The position numbers and the translations under genes are program-made. From Paludibacteraceae bacterium (GTDB lineage Bacteria > Bacteroidota > Bacteroidia > Bacteroidales > Paludibacteraceae): a stretch of 64,000 bases of DNA. The first letter of the stretch is position 1; the number at the start of each line of letters is the position of its first letter. The notes under the pieces are model-generated. The model did no database searches. It saw nothing but the letters and a program-made list of their open reading frames with translations, and was not told the DNA's origin. The stretch covers positions 25,778 to 89,777 of the forward strand of contig JAFYSK010000051.1 in NCBI GenBank assembly GCA_017559385.1, written 5' to 3'. This document shows positions 1-9,100 of this stretch, in pieces.

Positions 1-821
1 TAGATAGTTGCCACGTTATCTACCACAGCACCTACCTCTATTGGTAGTGCACCGCTTGGCACTTGGCGACGGATACATGCGTCGATGAGTTGTTTCTCAC
101 CACCTTGTGGGTATTTCAACTTCAATGGCTTCACCTCAATACCTAGTACGCGGCTTGCCAATGTGCTCATCTTTTCAATTGCATCTGGTTTATTTGCCTC
201 AATACCGATGATAGCTTTGTGGATGTTAAGAGCACGCATCAATAGTTGGATACCGATGATGATCTCCTCACCCTTCTCTAGCATCAACTGATGGTCACAT
301 GTCAAGTATGGCTCGCACTCTACACCGTTAACGATCAACACCTCGGCTACTTTACCTGGAGGGGGCATCAACTTCACATGGGTAGGGAAACATGCACCAC
401 CCAAACCTACGATACCAGCCTCTTGCACTTTCTCAATGATAGCTTTTGGTTCCAAGTTGCAAAGCTCTTTCACTAGGGTAGTGCTACGATCAATACTCTC
501 AAGCCACTCATCACCTTCTACATCCATAAAGATGGCTGGCATCTTCATTCCCCATGCATCGATGGTTGTATCGATCTTGGTGATGGTGCCGCTGAATGGT
601 GAGTGAATATTTGCACTAACAAAACCTCCGGCCTTAGCGATGAGCTCGCCTACTTTCACTTTCTGTCCTTTCTCCACTACGGCTTGCGCAGGAGCACCGA
701 TGTGTTGTGCCAACGGAATGATTGCTTTTGCTGGCAAACCACACTCGGTGATTGGTTGGTGAACAGAATATTGCTTATTGTCATGTGGATGAACTCCACC
801 TATTCTAAACGTACTTTTCAT
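1..821 (-). CDS. rnfC: Rnf electron-transport complex subunit C, N-terminal part (gene runs off the left edge)
   Basis: The reverse-strand ATG at 819-821 gives MKSTFRIGGVHPHDNKQYS.... The frame stays open to position 1 and contains ...GLGGACFPTHVKLMPPPGKVAE.... It has an ATGA overlap with the rnfB stop. It is absent from the ORF track because no stop lies in the window. Confidence 0.9.
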   Translation of the reverse strand, partial: MKSTFRIGGVHPHDNKQYSVHQPITECGLPAKAIIPLAQHIGAPAQAVVEKGQKVKVGELIAKAGGFVSANIHSPFSGTITKIDTTIDAWGMKMPAIFMDVEGDEWLESIDRSTTLVKELCNLEPKAIIEKVQEAGIVGLGGACFPTHVKLMPPPGKVAEVLIVNGVECEPYLTCDHQLMLEKGEEIIIGIQLLMRALNIHKAIIGIEANKPDAIEKMSTLASRVLGIEVKPLKLKYPQGGEKQLIDACIRRQVPSGALPIEVGAVVDNVATI

Positions 822-1741
822 GCCTTTGCCTCCTCTCCTTCAACCTTTGAAACTTCTGAAACTCCTGAAACTCCTGAAACTTCTGAAACCTTTTCAACTG
901 GCGTAGCCTCTGGCTTCGCCTTGCGTGGTGGGAAGTTCACTGCGTGGATCGCACCTGTAGGGCACGCATCCTCGCACTTGCGACACAAGCGGCACTTGTT
1001 GTAGTCGATGTATGCCAAGTTGTTCTCAATGGTGATTGCATCAAACTCGCATACCTTTTGGCACTTGCTGCAACCGATACAAGCGTTGGTACATGCCTTG
1101 CGTGCTACAGCGCCCTTGTCTTTGTTGACGCACATCACGACGATGCGGCGGCTCTTAGGACCTTTCTTGCGCAGCTCGATGATGTTGCGTGGACATGCGC
1201 TAACGCACTTACCACAGCTAGTACACTTCTCATCGTCCACCTCTGGCAAACCCGTCTCTGGGTTCATGTGGATGGCGTCAAACTCGCAGGCAGCTACGCA
1301 GTCGCCACAACCCAGACAACCGAACGGACAAGCTGTCTCACCCACATAGCAGTTGTGCATGATTTGACAACTCTTAGCACCATCGTAGATGCTTGTTCTT
1401 GGTCGTGCTTCGCACGTACCGTTGCAGCGTACCACTGCTACTTTGGGGTCGATCGCTCCGACCGCCATTCCTAGGATCTCACCTACGGTTTTCATCGTAG
1501 GTGCACCGCCTACAGGGCAGAGCAGACCGTCCAATGTCTCGGCTTTGACGCAGCCTTCGGCAAACGCGCGACAGCCAGCATAACCGCAACCACCGCAATT
1601 AGCGCCAGGCAATGCCTCTTGCACCTCGTCGATGCGTGGGTCTTCCTCTACCTTAAACTTCTGAGCCACGATATAGAGCAGCACCGCTGCTATCAATCCT
1701 GTTGCGCCCAGAACGGCTAAAGCAATTAGAATTAAATTCAT
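818..1741 (-). CDS. rnfB: Rnf complex subunit B (Fe-S protein)
   Basis: N-terminal TM helix, a CGGCGYAGC motif and several CxxCxxCxxxCP ferredoxin motifs (CTSCGKCVSACP, CRLCRKCEDACP). It lies directly upstream of rnfC. Confidence 0.92.
   Translation of the reverse strand: MNLILIALAVLGATGLIAAVLLYIVAQKFKVEEDPRIDEVQEALPGANCGGCGYAGCRAFAEGCVKAETLDGLLCPVGGAPTMKTVGEILGMAVGAIDPKVAVVRCNGTCEARPRTSIYDGAKSCQIMHNCYVGETACPFGCLGCGDCVAACEFDAIHMNPETGLPEVDDEKCTSCGKCVSACPRNIIELRKKGPKSRRIVVMCVNKDKGAVARKACTNACIGCSKCQKVCEFDAITIENNLAYIDYNKCRLCRKCEDACPTGAIHAVNFPPRKAKPEATPVEKVSEVSGVSGVSEVSKVEGEEAKA
848..892 (-). repeat. Five tandem 9-nt units (TGAAACTYC variants) inside the rnfB 3' end
   Basis: Read directly: tgaaacttc tgaaactcc tgaaactcc tgaaacttc tgaaacctt. 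The array is in frame and encodes ...VSEVSGVSGVSEVSKV... Confidence 0.9.
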
Positions 1742-1780
1742 TGTGTTTGTATAATTTAGTTTTTATTGATCGTTTCACTC

Positions 1781-1920
1781 TTAGATCACTGCGTTGTTAG
1801 ACCATTTCATTGTTAGATCGTTCGCTTTGCTCACTGTTAGATTTCTTAGTCTAACAGCCGCCTAGCGGCGGTCTAACAGCCGAAGCCGGTCTAACTTCTA
1901 ATAGCCCATAGGGCGGTCTC
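1781..1920. repeat. Word array: about 4 GTTAGA-type words followed by about 4 inverted TCTAAC-type words
   Basis: ttagatc, gttagacc, tgttagatc and ctgttagat are followed by gtctaacag, ggtctaacag, ggtctaac and ggtctc. The array fills the rseC-rnfB spacer. Confidence 0.8.
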
Positions 1921-1921
1921 T

Positions 1922-2452
1922 TTACGCTCGCTTGCGAGCCGTAAAAGAAAATTCCTTTTGCAACTTATCTTTAAACATACCTAGCACGAGGTAGTACACT
2001 GCCATGGCGCAGAGTGCCACTGTACCCAGCACAGCCTCTCTTTTTGCCTCATCGCCTAATAGCCCTGTCGCCTCATCGCCCATAGCCAATAGCCCATTTC
2101 CTACAAACATCACTGCCAGCATCACAAAGAATGGCAGTAGATATGCCAGCACCACAGCTTTCCATCCCATCTTCTGCTGCACCATCACTTCCACAGTATC
2201 GCCAAGCTTGTATTGTTCAACATTGTTCAAGGTTGTTGTTTCCTCAGAAGACAATTTTGAACCATCTTGAACGGCGCTTTGCGCCTTTGAACCACTTTGA
2301 ACTAATTGCACCGTCATCTCCTTCTCGGCGCTCTCTGCACTGGCGCACATCGCCTTGGCTTTGCACGCTGCGCACGCACTAGTTTGCACGATTCGCACAA
2401 GGGCGGTGCCGTCCTCATTCAATGCGATTATTATGCCGTCATGTTTGATCAT
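1922..2452 (-). CDS. rseC: RseC/MucC-family (SoxR-reducing system) membrane protein, usual partner of rnf operons
   Basis: MIKHDGIIIAL..VRIVQTSACAACKAKAMC cysteine motif with two C-terminal TM helices. I chose the ATG at 2450-2452 over the upstream ATG at 2506 because a -7 box lies at 2478-2485. Confidence 0.8.
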   Translation of the reverse strand: MIKHDGIIIALNEDGTALVRIVQTSACAACKAKAMCASAESAEKEMTVQLVQSGSKAQSAVQDGSKLSSEETTTLNNVEQYKLGDTVEVMVQQKMGWKAVVLAYLLPFFVMLAVMFVGNGLLAMGDEATGLLGDEAKREAVLGTVALCAMAVYYLVLGMFKDKLQKEFSFTARKRA

Positions 2453-2477
2453 TTTCCTTTTGCTTTGCAAAAACGCG

Positions 2478-2485
2478 CAAAGGTA
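2478..2485 (-). promoter_or_regulatory. Bacteroidetes -7 box (TACCTTTG on the minus strand) for rseC-rnf
   Basis: Plus-strand caaaggta reads TACCTTTG on the minus strand and matches TAnnTTTG. It is preceded by a T-run and lies 26 nt upstream of the rseC ATG. Confidence 0.55.
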
Positions 2486-2506
2486 CAAAAAAATACGCAC
2501 ATACAC

Positions 2507-2814
2507 AAGCGTTTTGAGCGAAAATTTATTTTCGGGCTAAAAAATGCTTGTGTATGGGCTGCGTAGGGTGGCAGTAGCTTCGGGGGAATTGCTTCAGCAA
2601 GGCGGCGTCCGAAGGTACAATATTGCCATTCTACGTTAGGGTGTAGCCCGCATCTTGTGTAAGCGTTTTGAGCGAAAATTTATTTTCGGGCTAAAAAATG
2701 CTTGTGTATGGGCTGCGTAGGGTGGCAGTAGCTTCGGGGTAATTGCTTCAGCAAGGCGGCGTCCGAAGGTACAATATTGCCACTCTGCGCTAGGGCATTG
2801 CCCGCAAATACGCA
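2507..2814. repeat. Two tandem copies of a 154-bp unit
   Basis: 2507-2628 and 2661-2782 match at 121 of 122 positions by eye. The 32-bp tails of each unit (2629-2660 versus 2783-2814) are related but diverged. Confidence 0.9.
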
Positions 2815-3051
2815 AGGAAATACGCACAAATTCGCCATTTTCTATTCCTTTATCCTTTTGATCCCCCTTTATCTGCCACCTTCCTCCATCGTGACCTCAT
2901 CGTGACCTCATCGGAATCTCGCCGAATGATTAGCGTATCTTCAAGCAGAGATTACCGAATTTTCTGCTCAATGGCAAAATCATCTCGGGTTGGTGAATCG
3001 AACTTTTCCAAAAAAAATCCTTGCCTTTTTGTATATATTAAATATTTTTTG

Positions 3052-3059
3052 TACCTTTG
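3052..3059 (+). promoter_or_regulatory. -7 box TACCTTTG
   Basis: It sits in the context ttttttgtacctttgc, 41 nt upstream of the ATG at 3100. Confidence 0.55.
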
Positions 3060-3099
3060 CGCAAAATTCATGGACTTTCTTTTAAAAAAACAGAACTGT

Positions 3100-3813
3100 A
3101 TGAGACGTAGATTTGTAGTGGCTCTTGTGTTAATGCTGGGAGCAATAGCATCCTTAGCACAGGTCCAACCCACAGATACAAAGTATATGATTTCGCTGCA
3201 TACTGGTTATGCACACAACTTGACTTATGGCTCTTATGCTACCTTTGATCTAGATGCGTATGTGCCTATTCATCAGCACTTTGATATGCAGGCCAATCTT
3301 CGTACAAGTACAGCCAATTCTCATAGTCTTGGCGTACAATTACGTCCTAAGTTTGCTTTGCCTGTGGGCGAGTTGTATATAGAAGATCGATTAATGATGC
3401 GCTTTGTGGCTTGCGATGAGTTTAACGAGTTTTTGCATGCGATATCCCTAGGGTATATGATGGAATATGTGAATGTGCAAGTAGGTGTGTACACTCGTGT
3501 TATTCAGCCTTTGCCTTATATCCCTCGTAGCGAAGATGAATTGATCTGCGAACCATTTGATGTACTATACCGAGTAGAGGCTTTTGTTCGCCCACGCACT
3601 TCGCCATGGAATATCAGTTTGGCTCTCTCTAATGTGGATAATTATCAAGTGGAGCGTATGTGGCAACCTATGTTTTACTTAGGTGGTTGGTATGATATCA
3701 ACGAACATTGGCGAGTACGCATGTCTGGCAAGCTGAAACTAGCGGGCATGTTCCACCTCAATGCTCATTACTACGCATCTGAACTCCGTGTAGGAGCTGA
3801 ATATAGATTTTAG
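3100..3813 (+). CDS. Hypothetical outer-membrane beta-barrel-like protein
   Basis: Signal peptide MRRRFVVALVLMLGAIASLAQ, alternating aromatic and hydrophobic strands, and a C-terminal ...GAEYRF. The track ORF start at 2902 is a GTG inside the spacer, so I rejected it. Confidence 0.6.
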   Translation: MRRRFVVALVLMLGAIASLAQVQPTDTKYMISLHTGYAHNLTYGSYATFDLDAYVPIHQHFDMQANLRTSTANSHSLGVQLRPKFALPVGELYIEDRLMMRFVACDEFNEFLHAISLGYMMEYVNVQVGVYTRVIQPLPYIPRSEDELICEPFDVLYRVEAFVRPRTSPWNISLALSNVDNYQVERMWQPMFYLGGWYDINEHWRVRMSGKLKLAGMFHLNAHYYASELRVGAEYRF

Positions 3814-3841
3814 TTGAAGGTTTGTTTTGAAGCACGAAATT

Positions 3842-4738
3842 ATGAAAAAGAATATTCAAATTTATCTTGGCTCCTTATTATCTGTTTTTAGTATTATCCT
3901 GACCGCTTGTGGTCCTGATGCTCGTTTGGATATGGCTGGCATGTTTGCAGGTTCTTCGCCCAAGATTGACGACCGTTTTACGGAGTCGCAAGTGTATAAT
4001 AATCAGCATGGTTTCTGTACACTTCAAGCTCCTGCAGAGGATTACCATGTGTATGTGTGTACCGATACACATATAACTAAAACGCAGAAGCGTTGGATTA
4101 ATTTTATTGAAACCTATCGCCAAGATATGCTTTGTCCAGTAGCGGTACACCTAGGGGATATTATTGATGCGCAGAATCATTTTGATGAGATGTATTCTGC
4201 TTATCAATCTGTGCCGATGAATCCTGCTAAATCAGATACTCTGATGGCTATCGCAGGTAATCATGATATCTATTTCAAGCAATGGCCGCAGTTTATCGAA
4301 TTATTCAAAACGTGTACCTATTATTTCATCGTTCGTACGCCATCGGGCGCGCAAGACTTGTTTATCTGTTATGATTCAGCCGATGGTACTGTAGGTTCTA
4401 AGCAATTGCAATGGCTTACTCAGACGCTTCAATGGGCTGATACACAGGGCTTTCGTCATATAGTAGCATGTACCCATACGCATTTTTTTAAGCGTGATTA
4501 TTCTCAAGGACATACCTCCAATTATACCACTGAGGAAACGTTTGCTTTGTTAAATCTTTTCGCCAAACATGGAGTGGAAATGCTATGGTCAGGACATGAC
4601 CATGCCCGCGAGGTTACTAAAGTGAAGGGGATGACTTGTATTGTTGTTGATTCGATGAAGGATGGTGACAAGAATCCATTTTATATGCTTGTGACCATGG
4701 GCAAGTCTATCTCTTATGAGTTTATACCCGTTGACTAA
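3842..4738 (+). CDS. Calcineurin-like metallophosphoesterase lipoprotein
   Basis: Lipobox LTAC. Phosphoesterase motifs: CTDTH, GDIID, GNHD, THTH and GHDH. I preferred the ATG at 3842 to the TTG at 3827. Confidence 0.8.
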   Translation: MKKNIQIYLGSLLSVFSIILTACGPDARLDMAGMFAGSSPKIDDRFTESQVYNNQHGFCTLQAPAEDYHVYVCTDTHITKTQKRWINFIETYRQDMLCPVAVHLGDIIDAQNHFDEMYSAYQSVPMNPAKSDTLMAIAGNHDIYFKQWPQFIELFKTCTYYFIVRTPSGAQDLFICYDSADGTVGSKQLQWLTQTLQWADTQGFRHIVACTHTHFFKRDYSQGHTSNYTTEETFALLNLFAKHGVEMLWSGHDHAREVTKVKGMTCIVVDSMKDGDKNPFYMLVTMGKSISYEFIPVD

Positions 4739-4796
4739 ATAATCGGTTTCCCCGAGCGTTTGGGGGCCTGAAGAGCCCCTAATATATAAGCACAAT

Positions 4797-4834
4797 AAAA
4801 TCCTTGAATGTTTGTATTTTCAAGGATTTTTTTT
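4797..4834. terminator. Rho-independent hairpin shared by convergent genes
   Basis: aaaatccttgaa, a 10-nt loop, then ttcaaggatttt followed by a T-run. Confidence 0.7.
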
Positions 4835-4838
4835 GTAG

Positions 4839-4949
4839 TTATTTCCGTGGGACTTTTCTGTGCTTTTTTTTCGTGCTGAATAGTAAAAATGGCAGAAAAA
4901 ATAGTGCTATCATTCCCAGTGAGATTAAGCTGATTATCCAGTGGTTCAT
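4839..4949 (-). CDS. Small single-TM protein (start uncertain)
   Basis: MNHWIISLISLGMIALFFLPFLLFSTKKKHRKVPRK. It is the third member of the YtxH / holin-like cluster. There is no homology evidence. Confidence 0.3.
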   Translation of the reverse strand: MNHWIISLISLGMIALFFLPFLLFSTKKKHRKVPRK

Positions 4950-4995
4950 AGTTGTTAAGTTTGAGTCGTGAAATAGGTTGATTTTTGTCTTCGGA

Positions 4996-5469
4996 TCAGT
5001 GGCCTTTGATAAGTTGCAAAATGCCATCTATCAGTATCCAATCTTGTCGGATATTATGGATGTCTTGTTGTAAAGCTTGCTGTTGTTCAATGGATTGATA
5101 CTCAGCGGCTTGTTTTTGGTGATCTAGCGGAGTTGTGTCGTCTAAAATCACATCGCTTAGTTGTGTTTCTAGGGGCTGGATAAACCACTTTTTTCGGCAC
5201 CAAAATACCGTCAGAGCGACCAGGAGAATGCAGCCAGAAATCACCAAATATGATGCCCACATAGGCAGCCAATATTCTAGCCAAGCGGCCAGTGCAATGG
5301 CGGCAAAAATCAGTCCGATTATCATCAATGTGATGATGATTACAGCGGCGATAATCATGCCTGTAATTTGGCTCAGTTGCTTCACTGTTTTTACCTGTAG
5401 CAACTTGTATTGCAGTTTAATATATTCTTGTGTATCAGTTAGCAACTGATTATAAATCCTTGTATCCAT
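4996..5469 (-). CDS. Holin-X / phage-holin-family-like membrane protein
   Basis: Two long TM helices are flanked by coiled, Gln-rich segments. It is adjacent to a YtxH gene, as is common in Bacteroidetes. The family assignment is from memory. Confidence 0.55.
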   Translation of the reverse strand: MDTRIYNQLLTDTQEYIKLQYKLLQVKTVKQLSQITGMIIAAVIIITLMIIGLIFAAIALAAWLEYWLPMWASYLVISGCILLVALTVFWCRKKWFIQPLETQLSDVILDDTTPLDHQKQAAEYQSIEQQQALQQDIHNIRQDWILIDGILQLIKGH

Positions 5470-5649
5470 AAATCATGATCTATTGTATAATTGATTGTCA
5501 TCATTGTTGTTTGTAATTGTCTTTATTGTTGACATTAATTGTCGCTATTGTTGAAACTTTTGTTTCCTTGTCGCGCAAGGATGTTGATTCGAGCGCAAGT
5601 TGTTGATTTAAGTTGTCGAAATTGTCGTTAATAATTCCTTTTTGTACTC

Positions 5650-5681
5650 AAAATAGCGCAGAGGGATGTTGCCCCCTGCGC
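5650..5681 (-). terminator. Hairpin terminator after the YtxH gene
   Basis: On the minus strand, gcgcaggggg-caacat-ccctctgcgc (one G-U pair) is followed by TATTTT. Confidence 0.6.
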
Positions 5682-5687
5682 ATGGTT

Positions 5688-5951
5688 TTACTTCTTCGCA
5701 GCTTCCTCTACAGCGGCTTCGATGTCAGCTTTACAATGGCAGTTGCACATGCCATTCTTGATGCGTCTCATCACTTTCTCCACCACGTTGGAGATCTCGT
5801 CTAAGTTCATTTGTGAGTACTTCTCGCGTGCGATTGCCGCGATCTCTGCGCGCAGTTCACTGCCGCGCTTTGGAGCGAATAGCAAGGCTACTGTAGCTCC
5901 TACTACGGCTCCGCCTAAGAGAGCCAATAGCATCTTTGATCCAGTTGTCAT
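5688..5951 (-). CDS. YtxH domain-containing protein
   Basis: N-terminal glycine-zipper TM segment (LLALLGGAVVGATVALLFAPKRG) followed by a helical tail. Confidence 0.8.
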   Translation of the reverse strand: MTTGSKMLLALLGGAVVGATVALLFAPKRGSELRAEIAAIAREKYSQMNLDEISNVVEKVMRRIKNGMCNCHCKADIEAAVEEAAKK

Positions 5952-5977
5952 AGTTAATTAGGTTTTAGTGTTAATAA

Positions 5978-6012
5978 ATACAGGAAAGTGACCTTATTGC
6001 CCTTTCCTGTAT
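5978..6012 (-). terminator. Hairpin downstream of the giant gene
   Basis: atacaggaaag, a 13-nt loop, then ctttcctgtat. The U-tract on the minus strand is weak. Confidence 0.45.
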
Positions 6013-6056
6013 ACTTAGACACAAAATGCGTGCCAAACTCTTTGGAGGTTGAGTAA

Positions 6057-6126
6057 CCTCTAACCTATAACCTATATCCTATAACCTATATCCTATAACC
6101 TATATCCTATATCCTATAACCTATAA
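6057..6126. repeat. Ten tandem heptamers, CCTATA[A/T] (the first unit is cctctaa)
   Basis: Counted unit by unit. It begins 8 nt beyond the stop of the 2129-aa gene. Confidence 0.9.
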
Positions 6127-6133
6127 CCTCCCA

Positions 6134-9100
6134 TTACCACACCACAGCTTGTGTGAACTGCTTGCTGTTGTCGCGCATGATAGCCTCTACTACGTACACG
6201 CCAGCAGGCACACTAACGGCAGTGCTGTTGTATTGTAGATCAAGTGATTTCTGCGCGATTACTCGACCTGAGAGGTCATATACATTCACAGCTTTCATGA
6301 TGTCATCTGATGCGACTACCATCTTGCCTTGTTCTGGCGAATATGCCCAGATGTTAATCTCTGCACCCATCTCTGGCTTGCTTGGATTATTAGTAGATGT
6401 GGTCACATCGTTATTTGAAGCTCTGTCAGGACCCTCAATATAATATCTATTCTCGTGATTTTGTGGCATTTCCATCTTTAATATCAGACCATCCAATATA
6501 CGATAGCGTTTACCCGTTACAGCATCGCAGAAATAGCATTTCTTATTCCAATTTCGTGACAGATAGAAGGAGAACACCACCTCCTCCGTGCGATAATCAT
6601 CGTGTACCAACATGGATACAGGCACCGTATCAATATGCTCTCTCACGTCCACCATCATAGGTACTTGCTTAGACACCGTATACATATTGATTGGCGAAGT
6701 GGCGGATGCAAAATTCACTCCTTGCTCCACACCCGAAGAAATAAACAAGGCGTCCTCATCACCATTATATATATCACTCGCGTACGCGTACGATGCCAAC
6801 ATACAACGGGCATGACCATTATCGCAATTCGCATAGATCGTCATCAATTGTGCTTCTTCATCTTCTCCATCGAGCGCAATTCTTCTTGACTTTTGTCTTG
6901 CAGGTGCACTGGCGTTCATATGATCTTTTGACAAGCTTACAGTGATAGATTTCTTAGCTTCAACACCCTCCTTCAACTCCAACATCACCGAACGCATCGG
7001 AGCTAACATGCCAGACGCAGGATCACTGGTAATCGTATACCAGTTCTCAGCTTTCCAAGCGCTTTCCTCCATCGTATAATACTTCGCCGCTAGAATATGA
7101 CTATTCGCTGCTAAGAATTCAGCCATATCAATTTCTCCCATCGTTGGATTACCAAACATAAACTGTTTGCTTGCGATATCATTCGTTAGCGTGATGGTCA
7201 TATTTCCCGATTGATCCGGATCAAAGGCCAATCTATTCGAGTGACTAACGGATACGCGCTGGCTAGATTCGCTTCCATCCTTATTAAAATAACTATAATA
7301 GGTGTCTGGCTTAGGCAGACGAACGATAATCTCGTCACCTGCCCCGCGAGTTGGACCAAAACCTAGCACCTGATATCCACTTCCTACAGGCAAGGTTTGA
7401 CCCAATGAGTTGGTTTGTGCGAACAAAGCCGTCTCCGTCAATGCTGGGTACGACTGGTTACCATTCTCGTGGTAGATAGTCACACGTTTGTTGTACAGCG
7501 ACTGCCAGAATACATATGGCGCTTTGCTAGTGCGTGTGCCTTTAAAACCGCTTACGGCAAACGGATAATTGCTATGGTCGGTTACATCGTCGTATTCCAC
7601 ACTTACTTGACCTTCATGTGGCACATACATATCACCTGTGTACATACCCTTCAACGGTGGTGCCATTGAGTTCCAGTTGGCCGCACCTATCTGCATATCA
7701 ACAAATGCCTTCTTATATTCTAGCAAATGTTGATTGTAGACCATCGAACCAACCTTAAAGTAGATGTTATTACATGCATGAGGACTATAGTTCACGTCCA
7801 TCGGGTGCAGATCCTCCTCCTGGATAATAGGCGCTGCACCATTTGGAAGAATAACATTCGTCTCTGCCATAGGAGCAAATCCCTTGTCCGTTAGACTACC
7901 ATCAGCTCTCACTCCTTTCCAGTTTCCATCATCGCCCCATATATTCGATACTGCACCAGTCCATTGAACCGTCTTGGGTACCACACTCAAATAGAAGTAT
8001 ACATATCCTACACGACAATCTGTGGTATCGCCCTGAATATAGGCATTACCATCTTGATCGTAAAACGCCATACGCATCAGGTAATCTTCTCCTACTTCTA
8101 GCGTAGCAGGCGCCTCGACTACCCGGATTGCTGCATCAGTTATACTCACATACTCCAATACACGAGGAATAGGAGTATGATAACTAAATTTCAAAGTGTC
8201 CCTACCTGGCGCAAAATCCAAGTTTGTACTCAGCAACGTGCTATCTAGTAACTCTTTGATAGGTATAGCCACTTCCGTCGTTCCTTCTAGTATGCGCACA
8301 GATGGTATCTCTAGGCGTTGCTTGTGAGTTTGGTTTTCCTTATCCAAAGGAGATAAGTTCACCGCATATTCGGAGTAACTAGACTGTACTTTCACCCACA
8401 GCGGTTCGTCGCAATCAAACAGCGGATAGGTATTTCCGTTGAACTCAATACTTGCATCCTGTGCCACAGGATAGGCCCAATAACGAACAATCTCCTCGGA
8501 ACCCATATAGAATTGCACAGATTTCTTATATAATGTTAATTTGCCCTCAGCGCACAAGCGCTTAATGAGTGCTAAATCTTCGGCATCGAAGAAACTCGTT
8601 GTTACCAATTTATCTACATCCTCCTCTTGGTAATTAGGATTGGGCGTATCTAGCGATGGCATCTGACGCATATGGCTGATAGCTTCACGCAGTGTGTGAC
8701 GGTCACAACCATATTTTTGTTCAAAGGCTTGGTTTGAAGCGTTTCGCTCTTCTTCGGTCATGGTACGCATATGGCAATATACGTCATCACTTTCTTCTCC
8801 TACCAACCAGTCCGCGTGTATCTCAGCACCCATCGTCTCCAAACCACCACCAATACCCGAAGCAAAGGTGTTTTCTACGCGTACGTTGAGGAAGTAGATA
8901 TTATTTGCACAAAGTTCATCGCGACATTCTACACGCTCTACACTGCCCTCTGTGTCTTTTAACTCAATATAGGTATCCGTTGTTGGATAAATTGGAGTGG
9001 TTGACGAACAGTTGGCCTTGGCTAATTCGGCTGGATCGTGAGCAATCACCAATTGATAATCCTTATTCTTTTCTAGGTATATATCCGAGTCATCTCCCAC

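Noticed and set aside
603-1583. Plus-strand ORFs 603-1004, 944-1474, 1008-1349 and 1389-1583
   Set aside because: They are antisense to rnfC and rnfB, which carry clear Fe-S motifs on the minus strand.
2306-2827. ORFs 2306-2566 (+), 2355-2540 (+) and 2636-2827 (-)
   Set aside because: They cross the rseC start, the promoter and the 154-bp tandem repeat. They have no signal or motif, and their composition is driven by the repeat.
2902-3099. Upstream extensions of track ORFs (2902, 3827, 18797, 29565, 36716, 2506)
   Set aside because: The most-upstream GTG/TTG/ATG starts run through promoters, word arrays or the neighbouring gene. Downstream ATGs give proper signal peptides or conserved N-termini.
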